Shown one piece after another: positions 37,905 to 48,283 of a stretch of 64,000 nt of DNA. The notes below the pieces were generated by a model that had not been told where the DNA came from, made no database searches, and was given only the letters and a program-made list of their open reading frames with translations. Both the position numbers and the translations under genes were made by a program. Location: positions 80,704-144,703 of the forward strand of contig CAYMBN010000002.1 in NCBI GenBank assembly GCA_964388715.1. Direction: 5' to 3'. The stretch is from an uncultured Methanosarcinales archaeon (GTDB taxonomy: Archaea > Nanobdellota > Nanobdellia > Woesearchaeales > CAYMBN01). Numbering within the stretch: the stretch's first letter is position 1; the number at the start of each line of letters is the position of its first letter.

Positions 37905-38936
37905 CTAACTTATGTTATCAAGAACATCATGCGCATCTGTTGTTTTTATGTAAGATGAAAGTTCTTTAAATGCAGATGATGAATTAAATTTTGTTTTTAA
38001 ATATTCAATTTCATTGTTTGAAACACGCGCAAATTTATCTGCTAGTATTAAACCATATGGATAGCCTGCAAAAACAAGATCTTTTGAATTTTCTACAAGT
38101 GTGTTAAGGATGTGGTTTATATTGTAGCTTTGATTTTTAAAAACTTCAAACCTGAAAACATATTTTGAAGAATTGTTTAGTTTGACAAGGTAGAGATTTG
38201 ATTTATGTAGTTCATTATTGATTTCAACAATTGGATGATAATACCAAATCCCTTTTGGAGAAATCTTGTTGATTAATCCAATTAAACTGTTTCCTGTGTT
38301 TGTAAATAATTGTGATGTTTTTGCAAGGGCTGTGATTGTGATGTTGTTGTTTATAGCTTTTTGATATAATCTTTCTAGGAAAAGGTTTTCATGTGAATAA
38401 GTACATTGTAAAGTTCCGTCTAAGAGAATGATGTCATTTGTGGTTAAATGATCAATAAGTTCTTGTGCAATATGTAATTCTGCAAACCTTCTTATTATAT
38501 TGGCTGTTACTGAAATGCTTGCTCTGCTTAAACCTTGTTTTATTGATGGATCATAAGAATCAAAAGTGAATTCTTGATCAAAGATGTTTGGGAAAAGTTG
38601 GCATTTGTAATTGATTTTGTTTTCTTTTCCTTCACTGTATGTTAACAAGTAGAATTCTTTTTTTATTGATTTGAGTTTTTTGTTTTTTTGGAAAACAATT
38701 CCAAAGATTCTAATGAATTGTAATGAAAAGTTTGTTGCTTTTAGGATTTCTGCATTACCTCCATCAACAAAAGCAATCTTTGTGTCTGTGTTTGTTGATG
38801 TTATTTTGTGGAAGTTGTTTTCTGAGATTGGAATTGCTTTATAATCTTTGTTTGGGAAGTGAGGAATCTCTTGTTGTTTTGGAGCTAGTTTTTGACTTAG
38901 GATTTGCATGATCTTGTTTATAATATTCTCCTTCAT
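37905..38936 (-). CDS. nurA: NurA-family 5'-3' nuclease
   Basis: IAFVDGG, ILLDGTL, ALAKTS, GYPYGLILADKFARV. Confidence 0.88.
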   Translation of the reverse strand: MKENIINKIMQILSQKLAPKQQEIPHFPNKDYKAIPISENNFHKITSTNTDTKIAFVDGGNAEILKATNFSLQFIRIFGIVFQKNKKLKSIKKEFYLLTYSEGKENKINYKCQLFPNIFDQEFTFDSYDPSIKQGLSRASISVTANIIRRFAELHIAQELIDHLTTNDIILLDGTLQCTYSHENLFLERLYQKAINNNITITALAKTSQLFTNTGNSLIGLINKISPKGIWYYHPIVEINNELHKSNLYLVKLNNSSKYVFRFEVFKNQSYNINHILNTLVENSKDLVFAGYPYGLILADKFARVSNNEIEYLKTKFNSSSAFKELSSYIKTTDAHDVLDNIS

Positions 38937-39010
38937 GTTAAAGAGAATTCTATTAGTTTTAATAAATTTTATTGAAAAAACTTATAAACACCTATAAATT
39001 TTACTTAAAA

Positions 39011-39277
39011 ATGGAACCTGTAAGAACATATATTTGCGACAGAGCAGAAGATATTGAATTTGCTGGATTAATACCAATTTTGGATAAATTTCTTATGAGG
39101 ATAAAAGTATATAATTTGGGAGATAGGGGATATGTATTAATTGCAACAAAACCCTCTGATTTATCATATGCAGCAATGGTTCACACAAATAACCCTCTTA
39201 CTTCTTTAGAAGAAGTTGAGACTGAAATAAATAAAGGAGCTGCTGAATACAATCATAAAGTAGTTAGAATCCATTAG
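39011..39277 (+). CDS. Hypothetical protein
   Basis: Open frame. ATG 39011 preferred over TTG 38972 because the upstream part looks like a promoter (CTTATAAA). Confidence 0.5.
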   Translation: MEPVRTYICDRAEDIEFAGLIPILDKFLMRIKVYNLGDRGYVLIATKPSDLSYAAMVHTNNPLTSLEEVETEINKGAAEYNHKVVRIH

Positions 39278-39320
39278 AATTCTTTAAATTATCTTGTACA
39301 AAAAGAAACATTTATATATG

Positions 39321-39380
39321 AATACTATTATTTTAACTATTGTAGTAAATATTGATTATACTATTGGATTTAATAGTATT
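39321..39380. promoter_or_regulatory. Inverted repeats upstream of the AbrB-like gene
   Basis: AATACTATTA (39321) / TAATAGTATT (39371); ATACTATT-N6-AATAGTAT (39358-39379). Both lie downstream of TTTATATA at 39311. Confidence 0.45.
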
Positions 39381-39393
39381 TTTTTGATGTAAA

Positions 39394-39546
39394 ATGGTGA
39401 AAATACAGAAATTACCAAATGGACAGCTTGTTCTTACTATTCCTAAACAGCTTGCTATGCTTAAAGGGTGGGATAAAGGCACTAAGATAGTGTTCAAAGA
39501 GCATGGTAAGAATTCTTATGTAATTGAGGTTGAGGAGAATAAATGA
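39394..39546 (+). CDS. AbrB/MazE/SpoVT-family DNA-binding protein, 50 aa
   Basis: Below the ORF cutoff. MVKIQKLPNGQLVLTIPKQLAMLKGWDKGTKIVFKEHGKNSYVIEVEENK (TIPK...GW.KG swapped-hairpin signature). ATGA overlap with the next gene. Confidence 0.8.
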   Translation: MVKIQKLPNGQLVLTIPKQLAMLKGWDKGTKIVFKEHGKNSYVIEVEENK

Positions 39547-40349
39547 AAAGAAAACACCACATTGCAGAATATATTGGAAAGAGGTTAGATGAGGGTCATG
39601 ATATTTTACATATTAGGCATCATCTTAATAAGAAAGGTATTTCTGTGAATGAGGTTAATGAAGCAGTTGATCATTTGTATAAGAAATTACGTAAACTTGG
39701 GAAAAGGAAGAAAGTTTTTAAGCCTAGTTTTGGTAAATTGATTGTTCCGATTTTAGTAATTGTTTTTATTTTGCTTACAAGTATTGCAAATTTTAAACTT
39801 CTTCCTGAGATTGGATCAAAATCTTGTCAGTTAGAAGAAGATAGAATTAATCTAGACAACATTATGACAGGGAGTCAGGTTGATATAAAACCAGAGATAA
39901 CATCATTGAATAACAAGTTGTTTAATTTACAAGGAAATATTGTTTCGAAGTTTAATTTGATTTATTTTTCAAATTATCCTATTGTGAAATCAAAAGTATA
40001 TAAACTGAATCCATTTTTTCCAATCAGCTGCGAACTAAGTCCTGAACATAATTGTAGGTATTTTATTGAAAAAGAAGATTATGATTGTGTTAAAGATAAA
40101 GCAGGTGTAGTAATATACTCACAACAGGATTATAATAAGATGAAGATTTTACCTTTGTTGATTCATACAATATTTCTTTTTGTAATGCTATATCTAGTTG
40201 TTTGCTTATTGCTTTTTGGTTACAACGAGTTAGGATTAAGCAAGAAAGTAACGTTAATTATTGAAACAGGAATTTCAATTGCAATTGTGATAGGGATTTT
40301 TATTATGGTTAACTTGTATATCCACTTGTTGAGGTTTATTGTTGCATGA
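39543..40349 (+). CDS. Membrane protein of unknown function (3 TM, Cys-containing extracellular loop)
   Basis: N-terminal YI...L..G...I...L..KG.....VNEA helical domain, one TM, a loop with several Cys, two C-terminal TMs. Confidence 0.7.
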   Translation: MKRKHHIAEYIGKRLDEGHDILHIRHHLNKKGISVNEVNEAVDHLYKKLRKLGKRKKVFKPSFGKLIVPILVIVFILLTSIANFKLLPEIGSKSCQLEEDRINLDNIMTGSQVDIKPEITSLNNKLFNLQGNIVSKFNLIYFSNYPIVKSKVYKLNPFFPISCELSPEHNCRYFIEKEDYDCVKDKAGVVIYSQQDYNKMKILPLLIHTIFLFVMLYLVVCLLLFGYNELGLSKKVTLIIETGISIAIVIGIFIMVNLYIHLLRFIVA

Positions 40350-41284
40350 CGCCATTAGTATTTAATCTTATAATTATTGTTGCTAGTTTTATAATACTTG
40401 TAAAAGCATCAGACTTAACAGTATTTGGAATAACTAATTATGCAAAAAAGTTGGGTATGTCTGATTATCTTATTGGTCTTGTTATTGTTTCTATTACAGC
40501 GTCTATTCCAGAATTAGTAGCGTCTTTTACTGGTGCTGTTATAAATAGTAGCGGGATAGTGTTTGGAACTATACTAGGCTCAAATATTGCTGGTTTTACA
40601 ATTATTCTTGGAATATTAGCATTGTATAAAAGAAAACTTAGAACAACTTGTGGAGTTCTGAGAAAAACTAAAATGTTTACTTTAATCTTATCTATTATTC
40701 CTTTTTTACTTTTTATTGATGGGAAACTTAGTAGGATAGATGGTGCTGTGTTGGTTCTTCTTTACTTCTTATTTTTGTTTGTGATTTGGAAAAAAGAAGG
40801 TGAGTTTGGAAAATTAAAGAAGGATGTAAGGTTAAATAAACTTTACATTGATGCAATAATTTTTATGGGTACATTGATAGCAATATTACTTAGTGCGAGA
40901 TGGCTTGTTTTTTCTAGTGTTAATATTGCAAATATTCTTAAGATAAGTCCTTTTTTCTTAGGTGTTACAGTGATAGCTATTTGTACAAATATTCCTGACC
41001 TTTTGGTTGGTATGAAAGCTATTAAACAAGGGCATGAAGATGTTGGATTTGGTGATGTGTTAGGAAGTGCAATGACAAAAAGATTGTTGTTTTTTGGTGC
41101 AATTGCATTATACAAACCATTAACTATTAATTTTCCAATATTAATTAATTCAATTCTATTTTCAATTATAGGAATGATTTATATAATATTACTTGTTGAA
41201 CAAAAACATGTTACATGGAAACATGGTTTAGTTATGATATTTATGTATGTTGGATATATATTGATTGAGAGTTTAGCACAATGA
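40346..41284 (+). CDS. Calcium/sodium antiporter (CaCA, YrbG-like)
   Basis: Alpha repeats ASIPEL...GTILGSNI and TNIPDL...GDVLGS; ~10 TM helices. Confidence 0.9.
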   Translation: MTPLVFNLIIIVASFIILVKASDLTVFGITNYAKKLGMSDYLIGLVIVSITASIPELVASFTGAVINSSGIVFGTILGSNIAGFTIILGILALYKRKLRTTCGVLRKTKMFTLILSIIPFLLFIDGKLSRIDGAVLVLLYFLFLFVIWKKEGEFGKLKKDVRLNKLYIDAIIFMGTLIAILLSARWLVFSSVNIANILKISPFFLGVTVIAICTNIPDLLVGMKAIKQGHEDVGFGDVLGSAMTKRLLFFGAIALYKPLTINFPILINSILFSIIGMIYIILLVEQKHVTWKHGLVMIFMYVGYILIESLAQ

Positions 41285-42969
41285 ACTTTTACACTGAAAT
41301 AATAAGCGAAATTAAGAAAAAGAAACCTAGTAAGAATCAACTTACTAAATTAAAGACTAAACTTTGTAAAAAATATAGTTTAAGAAAGATTCCAACTGAT
41401 ATTGATATTTTAATGAATGCAAAAGTAAAAGAGATACCAAGGATAAAAAAATATTTGCAAACAAAACCTATGCGTTCTTTAAGTGGAGTAAGTGTTTGTG
41501 CTATAATGACTAAGCCAATTAAATGTCCGCATGGTCGTTGTATAATTTGTCCTGGTGGACCTCAAGATAGTGTGTTTGGTTCTGTGCCGCAGAGTTATAC
41601 TGGGAAAGAACCAGCTACAATGAGAGCTATACGTAACAAATATGATCCTTATTTGCAAGTTATGAACAGGCTTGAGCAATATGTTGCACTTGGACACAAT
41701 ATTAACAAAATTGAATTGATTATTATGGGTGGTACTTTTCCAAGTTTTTCTAAGCAATACCAAGATAAGTTTGTTATGTATGCATTGAAAGCAATGAATG
41801 ATTTTTCAAAAATGTTTTTTAATAAAAATGTGATTGATTTTACTAAGTTTAAAAAGTTTTTTTGTTTACCAGGGGATGTTAATGATAAAAAACGAATTAA
41901 AAGAATACATAAAAGGTTGTTAGCAAAAAAAGGTAAATCTACTTTGGAAAAAGAACAATTGAAAAATGAAACTTCTTTGGTTAAATCTATTGGTATGTGT
42001 ATTGAAACAAGACCTGATTATTGTAAGGAGAAACACATTAATCAAATGTTAAGACTTGGATGTACTCGAGTTGAGCTTGGTGTTCAAACAATATTTGATG
42101 ATGTTTTAAAAAAGGTTAGGCGGAAGCATAATGTTGAGGATTCTGTCCAAGCAACAAGTTTGTTGAAAAATACTTTTCTAAAAGTTGGTTTTCATATGAT
42201 GGTTGGTTTGCCTGGTTCAACAATAAAAAAAGATAAAATGATGTTTCATGAATTGTTTTCTAATCAAAATTTTAAGCCAGATGCTTTGAAAATTTATCCT
42301 TGTATGGTTATTGAAGGTACGCAATTGTATAAAATGTGGAAAAAAGGATTGTTTGAACCATTAGATACACAAAAAGCAGCTGAGTTAGTTGTTGAACTAA
42401 AAAAAATTGTACCAAAGTATTGTAGGATTATGAGAGTACAACGTGATATACCATCTAAAGTGATCAGTGCTGGTGTTGATAAAACAAATCTTAGGCAATA
42501 TATTCAAATGATTCTTAACAATAAAAAAATTAAATGTAATTGTATAAGATGTAAGGAACCTAAGAATATTAAGATTAAGATGAAGAATGTTATACTTAAA
42601 AAATATTCTTATAAAGCATCTAATGGGATGGAAGTTTTTATTTCTGCTGAAGATATTAAGAATAATAAGTTAGTTGGTTTTTGTAGGTTAAGAGTTCCTC
42701 TTAATTCGTTTAGAAAAGAGATTGATGAAGATAGTGCTGGAATTCGTGAGTTACATGTTTATGGGAAATCAACTGGTATTGGAGAGGAAGGTGATATTCA
42801 GCATAGAGGTATTGGGAAAAGATTAATGAAACGTGCTGAAGATATTGCAAAAACTGTTTTTGATAGAAATAAAATGGTTGTTATTTCTGGAATTGGTGTT
42901 CGTGGATATTATAAAAAGTTAGGATATAAAAGAGAAGGACCATATATGGTTAAATACTTAAATAAGTAA
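41281..42969 (+). CDS. elp3: tRNA U34 carboxymethylation radical-SAM/GNAT enzyme Elp3
   Basis: CPHGRCIICPGG, QSYTGKEPA, IETRPD, RVQRDIP, RELHVYG, QHRGIG. Confidence 0.95.
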   Translation: MNFYTEIISEIKKKKPSKNQLTKLKTKLCKKYSLRKIPTDIDILMNAKVKEIPRIKKYLQTKPMRSLSGVSVCAIMTKPIKCPHGRCIICPGGPQDSVFGSVPQSYTGKEPATMRAIRNKYDPYLQVMNRLEQYVALGHNINKIELIIMGGTFPSFSKQYQDKFVMYALKAMNDFSKMFFNKNVIDFTKFKKFFCLPGDVNDKKRIKRIHKRLLAKKGKSTLEKEQLKNETSLVKSIGMCIETRPDYCKEKHINQMLRLGCTRVELGVQTIFDDVLKKVRRKHNVEDSVQATSLLKNTFLKVGFHMMVGLPGSTIKKDKMMFHELFSNQNFKPDALKIYPCMVIEGTQLYKMWKKGLFEPLDTQKAAELVVELKKIVPKYCRIMRVQRDIPSKVISAGVDKTNLRQYIQMILNNKKIKCNCIRCKEPKNIKIKMKNVILKKYSYKASNGMEVFISAEDIKNNKLVGFCRLRVPLNSFRKEIDEDSAGIRELHVYGKSTGIGEEGDIQHRGIGKRLMKRAEDIAKTVFDRNKMVVISGIGVRGYYKKLGYKREGPYMVKYLNK

Positions 42970-42975
42970 ATATTC

Positions 42976-43935
42976 TTGAGTTGTATGAAACAAATTCCTG
43001 TGAAAGATAAGTTTGTTGAAAGGTTGAAAGATAAGTTTATTGAACGGTATAAGAAGATTGCTCCTGATTATGATGAATTTATTAAGTATTCTTTCTTTTT
43101 TTTGAGGAAGTCATTGAGGGTTAATACTTTGAAGATTTCTGTTAGCGAGTGTAAGAAAAGATTAGAAAAACAAGGATGGACATTGAAGAATATTCCTTGG
43201 TGTAAGCATGGATTTTGGATTGAACATAAAACAGGAAGAAGAGATATTGGAAACACAATTGAGCATACTTTAGGTTATATTTATGTGCAAGAGGCTGCCT
43301 CAATGATACCTCCTATTGTGTTAAATATAAAGCCTGGTCAAAAAGTACTTGATATGTGTGCTGCACCAGGAAGTAAAACAACACAAATTGCAATGTATTT
43401 AGATGGAAAAGGAGTTGTAGTTGCAAATGATTACAAAGGTGAAAGGTTAGCTGCTTTAGGTGTGAATGTGCAAAGATGTGGAATTACTAATTGTGTTATG
43501 ACTTTAATGCATGGGAAAGGTTTTAAGCATTATAAGTTTGATAGAGTGCTTGTTGATGCACCTTGTTCTGGGACAGGTACAATAAGAAAGTCTTTGAAAA
43601 CAATTGATATATGGAATCCTGGTATGATTAAACGTTTGTGTAAAACTCAGAAAAAGTTAATTGAGAATGGGTTTGAGAATCTGAAAAAGAATGGTATTTT
43701 AGTTTATTCTACTTGTACACTAGAGCCTGAAGAGTGTGAAGGTGTTATTGATTATCTTTTGAGTAAGTATGATAATGCTAAAGTTGAAGAGATTAAGTTG
43801 AAGATTAAAAGAAGTGAGCCAATTCTTGAATTTGAGGGTCAGAAGTATAATAAGGAAATTAAGAAGTGTTTAAGGATATGGCCTCAGGATAATGATACTG
43901 AGGGATTTTTTATTGCGAAGATTATAAAAAAATGA
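42976..43935 (+). CDS. RsmB/NOP2/Trm4-family RNA m5C methyltransferase
   Basis: QEAASM, DMCAAPGSKT, DAPCSGTG, YSTCT. Confidence 0.93.
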   Translation: MSCMKQIPVKDKFVERLKDKFIERYKKIAPDYDEFIKYSFFFLRKSLRVNTLKISVSECKKRLEKQGWTLKNIPWCKHGFWIEHKTGRRDIGNTIEHTLGYIYVQEAASMIPPIVLNIKPGQKVLDMCAAPGSKTTQIAMYLDGKGVVVANDYKGERLAALGVNVQRCGITNCVMTLMHGKGFKHYKFDRVLVDAPCSGTGTIRKSLKTIDIWNPGMIKRLCKTQKKLIENGFENLKKNGILVYSTCTLEPEECEGVIDYLLSKYDNAKVEEIKLKIKRSEPILEFEGQKYNKEIKKCLRIWPQDNDTEGFFIAKIIKK

Positions 43936-44804
43936 TACCAAATAGAATTATTATGACCAGTATTTTTATCATAATAGGAATATTTCTATTTTCTCTGTAT
44001 GTATTTTATGTTTCAATTCATCCACCTAGATTCAAAACAAATAACCACCCATCTAAACTGGATCTTAAATACGAAGATATAACATTCAAAACATCTGATA
44101 ATATTCAAATAAAAGCATGGTTTATTCCATCTGAAAAAAGTGATAAGACCATTGTAATTTGTCATGGTTACCCATTTGATAAAGCTAATGTGTTGAGTTT
44201 TGCAGGTTTTTTACATCCTCATTTTAATTTACTATTTTTTGATTTTAGATATTTTGGTGAAAGCCAAGGAAAATATACAACTGTTGGTTATAAAGAACAA
44301 AAAGATTTAATTGCTGCAGTAAAATATCTTGAAACAAGGAAGGATATTGATAAGAATAAAATAGGTGCATTAGGTTTTTCTTTAGGTGGAGCTACAATCT
44401 TAATGGGTGCTGATAAAACGAATATAAAAGCAATAGTAGCTGATTCTTCATATGCTACCTTAGATAATATGCTTAAAGAAAGTTATAAGATATTTCCTGG
44501 TTTTGTTAAATTCCCTTTTGTAGCAACAACAAGATTATTAAGTAAATTATTGATAAATACTGATATTTCTAAGGTATCTCCTATGGAAAGTATAAAAAAA
44601 TTAAAAACACCTATTTTAATTATACATGGGGAAAAAGATAGTGAGATTCCAGTTGAAAACGCTCATCAATTATATCAAAATTCAAATAAGGACAGCACAG
44701 AATTATGGATAATGCCTAAAACAGATCATGGCCAAGGACATGTTATGTATACACAAGAGTATGAAAATAAGATAATCAAGTTTTTTGATGAATATTTAGG
44801 TTAA
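43932..44804 (+). CDS. Membrane-anchored alpha/beta hydrolase
   Basis: N-terminal TM; HG, GFSLGG nucleophile elbow, IHGEKD, catalytic His. Confidence 0.9.
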   Translation: MIPNRIIMTSIFIIIGIFLFSLYVFYVSIHPPRFKTNNHPSKLDLKYEDITFKTSDNIQIKAWFIPSEKSDKTIVICHGYPFDKANVLSFAGFLHPHFNLLFFDFRYFGESQGKYTTVGYKEQKDLIAAVKYLETRKDIDKNKIGALGFSLGGATILMGADKTNIKAIVADSSYATLDNMLKESYKIFPGFVKFPFVATTRLLSKLLINTDISKVSPMESIKKLKTPILIIHGEKDSEIPVENAHQLYQNSNKDSTELWIMPKTDHGQGHVMYTQEYENKIIKFFDEYLG

Positions 44805-44948
44805 AAAGAAAAAACATAAATAGTTATAAATAATACTAATATAAAATGTTAAAACAATTATTAAAGAGCAGGAAAGGGTATTTTTTTTTGATAACATTGT
44901 TGGTTTTTATAATAATCATTATAATTATTGTTTCAATGAAGTGATTGA

Positions 44949-45926
44949 TTAGAATTTCATGACTCTATCTTTATGATCTTGTTTAGCTAAAAGAACAACT
45001 CTTGATTCTTTCTTCTCATCAATTATTTTATAACCAGAAAGTTCTGCAAGTTTTTCTGCAAACTCCACTATTTCTTCATGTCTTGGCATGTTTTCTATTT
45101 TTAATCTTTCCCTTGAATAACCTACCCAGACATATGCTTTAGCTTCAACATACATTGGTTTGTATTTTTTTATTAGTTCTGCGTATTTTTCAGGCTTTAT
45201 CATGTTTTCATCTTTTACAAGTGTGAGACGGATTACGTTTCTTTTGAATTTTGAGATTAAGGAAAGACTTTCTAGTAGTTTTTCCCAGCCATCTTTGATT
45301 AATGGAGAACAAACTTTTGTATAGGTTTCTTCATCAGGTGCTGAAAGGGTTATGTAAAGTTGTGTTGGTTGGTTGTTGATGAGTTGTTTTAGCATGTCTG
45401 GGTTTGTACCATTTGTTACAAGGAATGATGTCATATCTCTTGAATGGATTTCTTTGATTAATTCAGGTAGTTTTGGATAGTAAGTTGGTTCACCACTAAG
45501 TGAGATTGCAAAATGTTTTGGTTTGTATGATTCTTGTAGTTTGGTTTTGTCTGCTTTTTTGTTTCCGCCAAAACCTTGTAAATATTTAATATGTTCTTTG
45601 ATGCAGCCATCTACTATTTGTTTTGGTGTGTCAATTGTGCCAATCCATTTAGCATTTGTCCAGTTAATATCACGCCAGCACCATACACATCTTTGAGTAC
45701 AAGTGTGTATGGCAGGTGTCATTTGTACGCATCTGTGTGTATTTATTCCATAAAATGTTTTTTTATAACAGACATCTTCTGCTCTTATGCATTTTTTTGT
45801 CCAAAGACAAACTTTTATAGCACTATGATTACCTACAATTCTATATCCTTGTTTTTCTAGATCTTTTATTTTATCTTTGTCAAGCATATCGTCTAAAAAT
45901 GTCAAGTTCTTTTTAAATCTTTTCAT
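44949..45926 (-). CDS. taw1: 4-demethylwyosine synthase (radical SAM)
   Basis: GNHSAIKVCLW, CYK.TFYGI.THRCVQMTP, CTQRCVWCWR, AISLSGEPT. Start may be the internal Met (MLDKDK). Confidence 0.93.
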   Translation of the reverse strand: MKRFKKNLTFLDDMLDKDKIKDLEKQGYRIVGNHSAIKVCLWTKKCIRAEDVCYKKTFYGINTHRCVQMTPAIHTCTQRCVWCWRDINWTNAKWIGTIDTPKQIVDGCIKEHIKYLQGFGGNKKADKTKLQESYKPKHFAISLSGEPTYYPKLPELIKEIHSRDMTSFLVTNGTNPDMLKQLINNQPTQLYITLSAPDEETYTKVCSPLIKDGWEKLLESLSLISKFKRNVIRLTLVKDENMIKPEKYAELIKKYKPMYVEAKAYVWVGYSRERLKIENMPRHEEIVEFAEKLAELSGYKIIDEKKESRVVLLAKQDHKDRVMKF

Positions 45927-46051
45927 GATTTAGAAGTGTGGAGTTTTATTAAAAAGAAAATAAAACATTGTTTTTTTGCAAAAAGATAAACTTTTTAAAC
46001 ATAAAGTTTAAATAACATAGTTTGCTTGCTGGTTGTTCAAGGTGATAACTT

Positions 46052-46174
46052 ATGAAAGACTGTCCAATGTGTGGGGCTTCAATTGCAGAAGATGATGTTT
46101 ATTGTTATGAATGCGGATCTAACACAAAAGAGATTGATGAAGTGAATTATGATTATGATGATGATGATGAATAG
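46052..46174 (+). CDS. 40-aa zinc-ribbon protein with acidic tail
   Basis: Below the ORF cutoff. MKDCPMCGASIAEDDVYCYECGSNTKEIDEVNYDYDDDDE; AGGTGA RBS upstream. Confidence 0.75.
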   Translation: MKDCPMCGASIAEDDVYCYECGSNTKEIDEVNYDYDDDDE

Positions 46175-46212
46175 GAAAAAACATTTAAACTTGTAGTTTT
46201 TCTTAATTTTCT

Positions 46213-46722
46213 ATGTATTTAAAGAACGCAATTTCAATACTTGAGGAAGATGTAAAATTCCTTGAATGGAAAAAAGAGCATAAAGACGCTTTCCTGAGTT
46301 ATGGTTTTCTTATGATTGATCCTAATGTTAGTGCAGAATGGCAGATAGGTTATTATGATAAGAAGATTGATAAAGTTGCTACTTTTATATTACAAAATAA
46401 AAAAGTAGTTGAAGTTAAGGTAGATGCTGTTTTTAAAGAACCTGGAAAAGAAATTTTACCATTAGATAGAAAGACCCTTAAGCTAAATATAGAAGAGATA
46501 ATAGAAAAACTTGATGCATTCCAGGAAAAAGAGTATCCTAAGGAAAAAACACTTAAAACAATGGTTATTGTACAGAATTTGCAAGAGTTTGGTAATGTTT
46601 GGAACATAACGCATGTTACAAACTCATATAAGGCGTTAAATGTTAAATTAAAGTGCGAAGATGGTTCTATTTTAAAGCATAAATTGAGTTCTTTTATGGA
46701 TTTCACTGAAAAACCAAAATGA
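46213..46722 (+). CDS. Hypothetical protein
   Basis: Clean ORF with a TATA upstream; WQIGYYD and WNIT motifs; function not recognised. Confidence 0.75.
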   Translation: MYLKNAISILEEDVKFLEWKKEHKDAFLSYGFLMIDPNVSAEWQIGYYDKKIDKVATFILQNKKVVEVKVDAVFKEPGKEILPLDRKTLKLNIEEIIEKLDAFQEKEYPKEKTLKTMVIVQNLQEFGNVWNITHVTNSYKALNVKLKCEDGSILKHKLSSFMDFTEKPK

Positions 46723-46914
46723 GTGGGATAACTTTTGAGTAATATCGGACTGGATTATATATATTCATGATTGATATTATTTATAAACAAGTACTCTTTA
46801 CTTTTTATTAAAAGGGGTGGTTAGAATTTGGAACATAAGTTATAAAGCACAAGAAAATTGTAGAAGATTAAATGAATTCACAGCTGGGGAGGAAGAGGTT
46901 AAAAAAGAAGAGGA

Positions 46915-47748
46915 TTAATTATTTTTGATAAAACTATAAATTTCTTTAAATGACTGTTCTTTATTATTGTCTATGATAAATACGTGATAACTATTAGGAA
47001 CCCATTTGATTATTTTTTTTGTAGAGTTAGTATGTTTGTAAATGTAGTCTACACTTTTGGGTGAAACACCAAAATCTGTTGTTGATTGCATTATTAATAT
47101 TGGTGCTGTAATTTTCGGTAATCTTTTTCTTGAAAGAGAGATAGTTTTAACAACATGTTTTATACAGTTTAAAGGGATTTTATCATAGGTAATTCTCTTT
47201 CTAACTATTTTTTTATCTAAGTTATAATGGTACCACTTTTTTTGAAAACTTTTGAAGAATCTTAATAATGGTAATATTACTTTGAATCTTCTTTCCTTTT
47301 TAAAATAGATTGGTGTCCCCATGCTAATGACACCTGCAACAGGATATTTGCTTGCTGTTAATAATGAAAGATTGCCACCAAAAGAATCCCCGCCAATGTA
47401 AACCTTGTCAACGTATTGTTTTAATTCTTGGTATGCTTTGTCAACTGATTTGATCCAATTTTTACTGTTTGTTGCTGCCAAATTTTCAGGACAAGTTCCA
47501 TGACCTTTTATTAACATTCCATAAACACTTATTCCTTTATCTGCGAGATATTTACCTAATGGTCTAAGATCATAAGCTGTTGAAGTAAAACCATGTATAA
47601 GTAAAATACCTTTTTTTCTACTTTTTTTGTAGAAAAATGGTTCAGCTCCTTTAATGATTGGAACATTGGGTTTTCTTTTATTTTTGAAAATTATTATTAT
47701 TCTATAAATTGAGAAAAGTGCAAAGAATGTGATTATATAATCTAGCAT
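46915..47748 (-). CDS. Carboxylesterase (YvaK-like alpha/beta hydrolase)
   Basis: LLIHGFTS, GHGT.PE, GDSFGG, QS..D, H at NSYHV. Confidence 0.88.
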   Translation of the reverse strand: MLDYIITFFALFSIYRIIIIFKNKRKPNVPIIKGAEPFFYKKSRKKGILLIHGFTSTAYDLRPLGKYLADKGISVYGMLIKGHGTCPENLAATNSKNWIKSVDKAYQELKQYVDKVYIGGDSFGGNLSLLTASKYPVAGVISMGTPIYFKKERRFKVILPLLRFFKSFQKKWYHYNLDKKIVRKRITYDKIPLNCIKHVVKTISLSRKRLPKITAPILIMQSTTDFGVSPKSVDYIYKHTNSTKKIIKWVPNSYHVFIIDNNKEQSFKEIYSFIKNN

Positions 47749-47761
47749 TTTTGAATTACCA

Positions 47762-48283
47762 TTAATATAATTTTTTGTTAATTATTCTTGACAAGGCCAT
47801 CATTATACTTAATTTGACGAATTCTGTTCTTGGTACACCATTGTTTGTTAAAATACCAACAGCACCTTGTTTTTGTTTTGTATTTTGATCTCCTAATAAT
47901 TCGTCCATTATTGTTCCAACTTCTTTTTTCTGTTTAAATATTTTTTCTATTACTTGTTTAGGATATTCAAAACAAGGTGAACCTCCTAATGAAACAGTGT
48001 TTCCATTAAAGATTGCGCAAACACACATGTCCATGTAACCTGTTTCTGTTCCTGGAAATTCAAAAATACCTGCTTCAAGGCCAACACTGAAATCACAAAC
48101 ATCAAAAGATTTTTGTGCTCTTTGTTTTGCACCAACTACAATTTCTCTTAAAGAAGTTGGTTGATCTGGTACATCACTTGTTACTTTGACTGGAATTACT
48201 TCTACATTATCAAAATAATGTGAGAAAGCTTGTTTAACAGCTTCAATCTTTACAGGGTTTTCACTTCCAACTCTGATTTTCAT
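47762..48283 (-). CDS. yjjX: Inosine/xanthosine triphosphatase
   Basis: VGSENPVKIEAV, SDVPDQP, GAKQRA, VGLEAG, KQKQGAVGILT. Confidence 0.92.
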   Translation of the reverse strand: MKIRVGSENPVKIEAVKQAFSHYFDNVEVIPVKVTSDVPDQPTSLREIVVGAKQRAQKSFDVCDFSVGLEAGIFEFPGTETGYMDMCVCAIFNGNTVSLGGSPCFEYPKQVIEKIFKQKKEVGTIMDELLGDQNTKQKQGAVGILTNNGVPRTEFVKLSIMMALSRIINKKLY

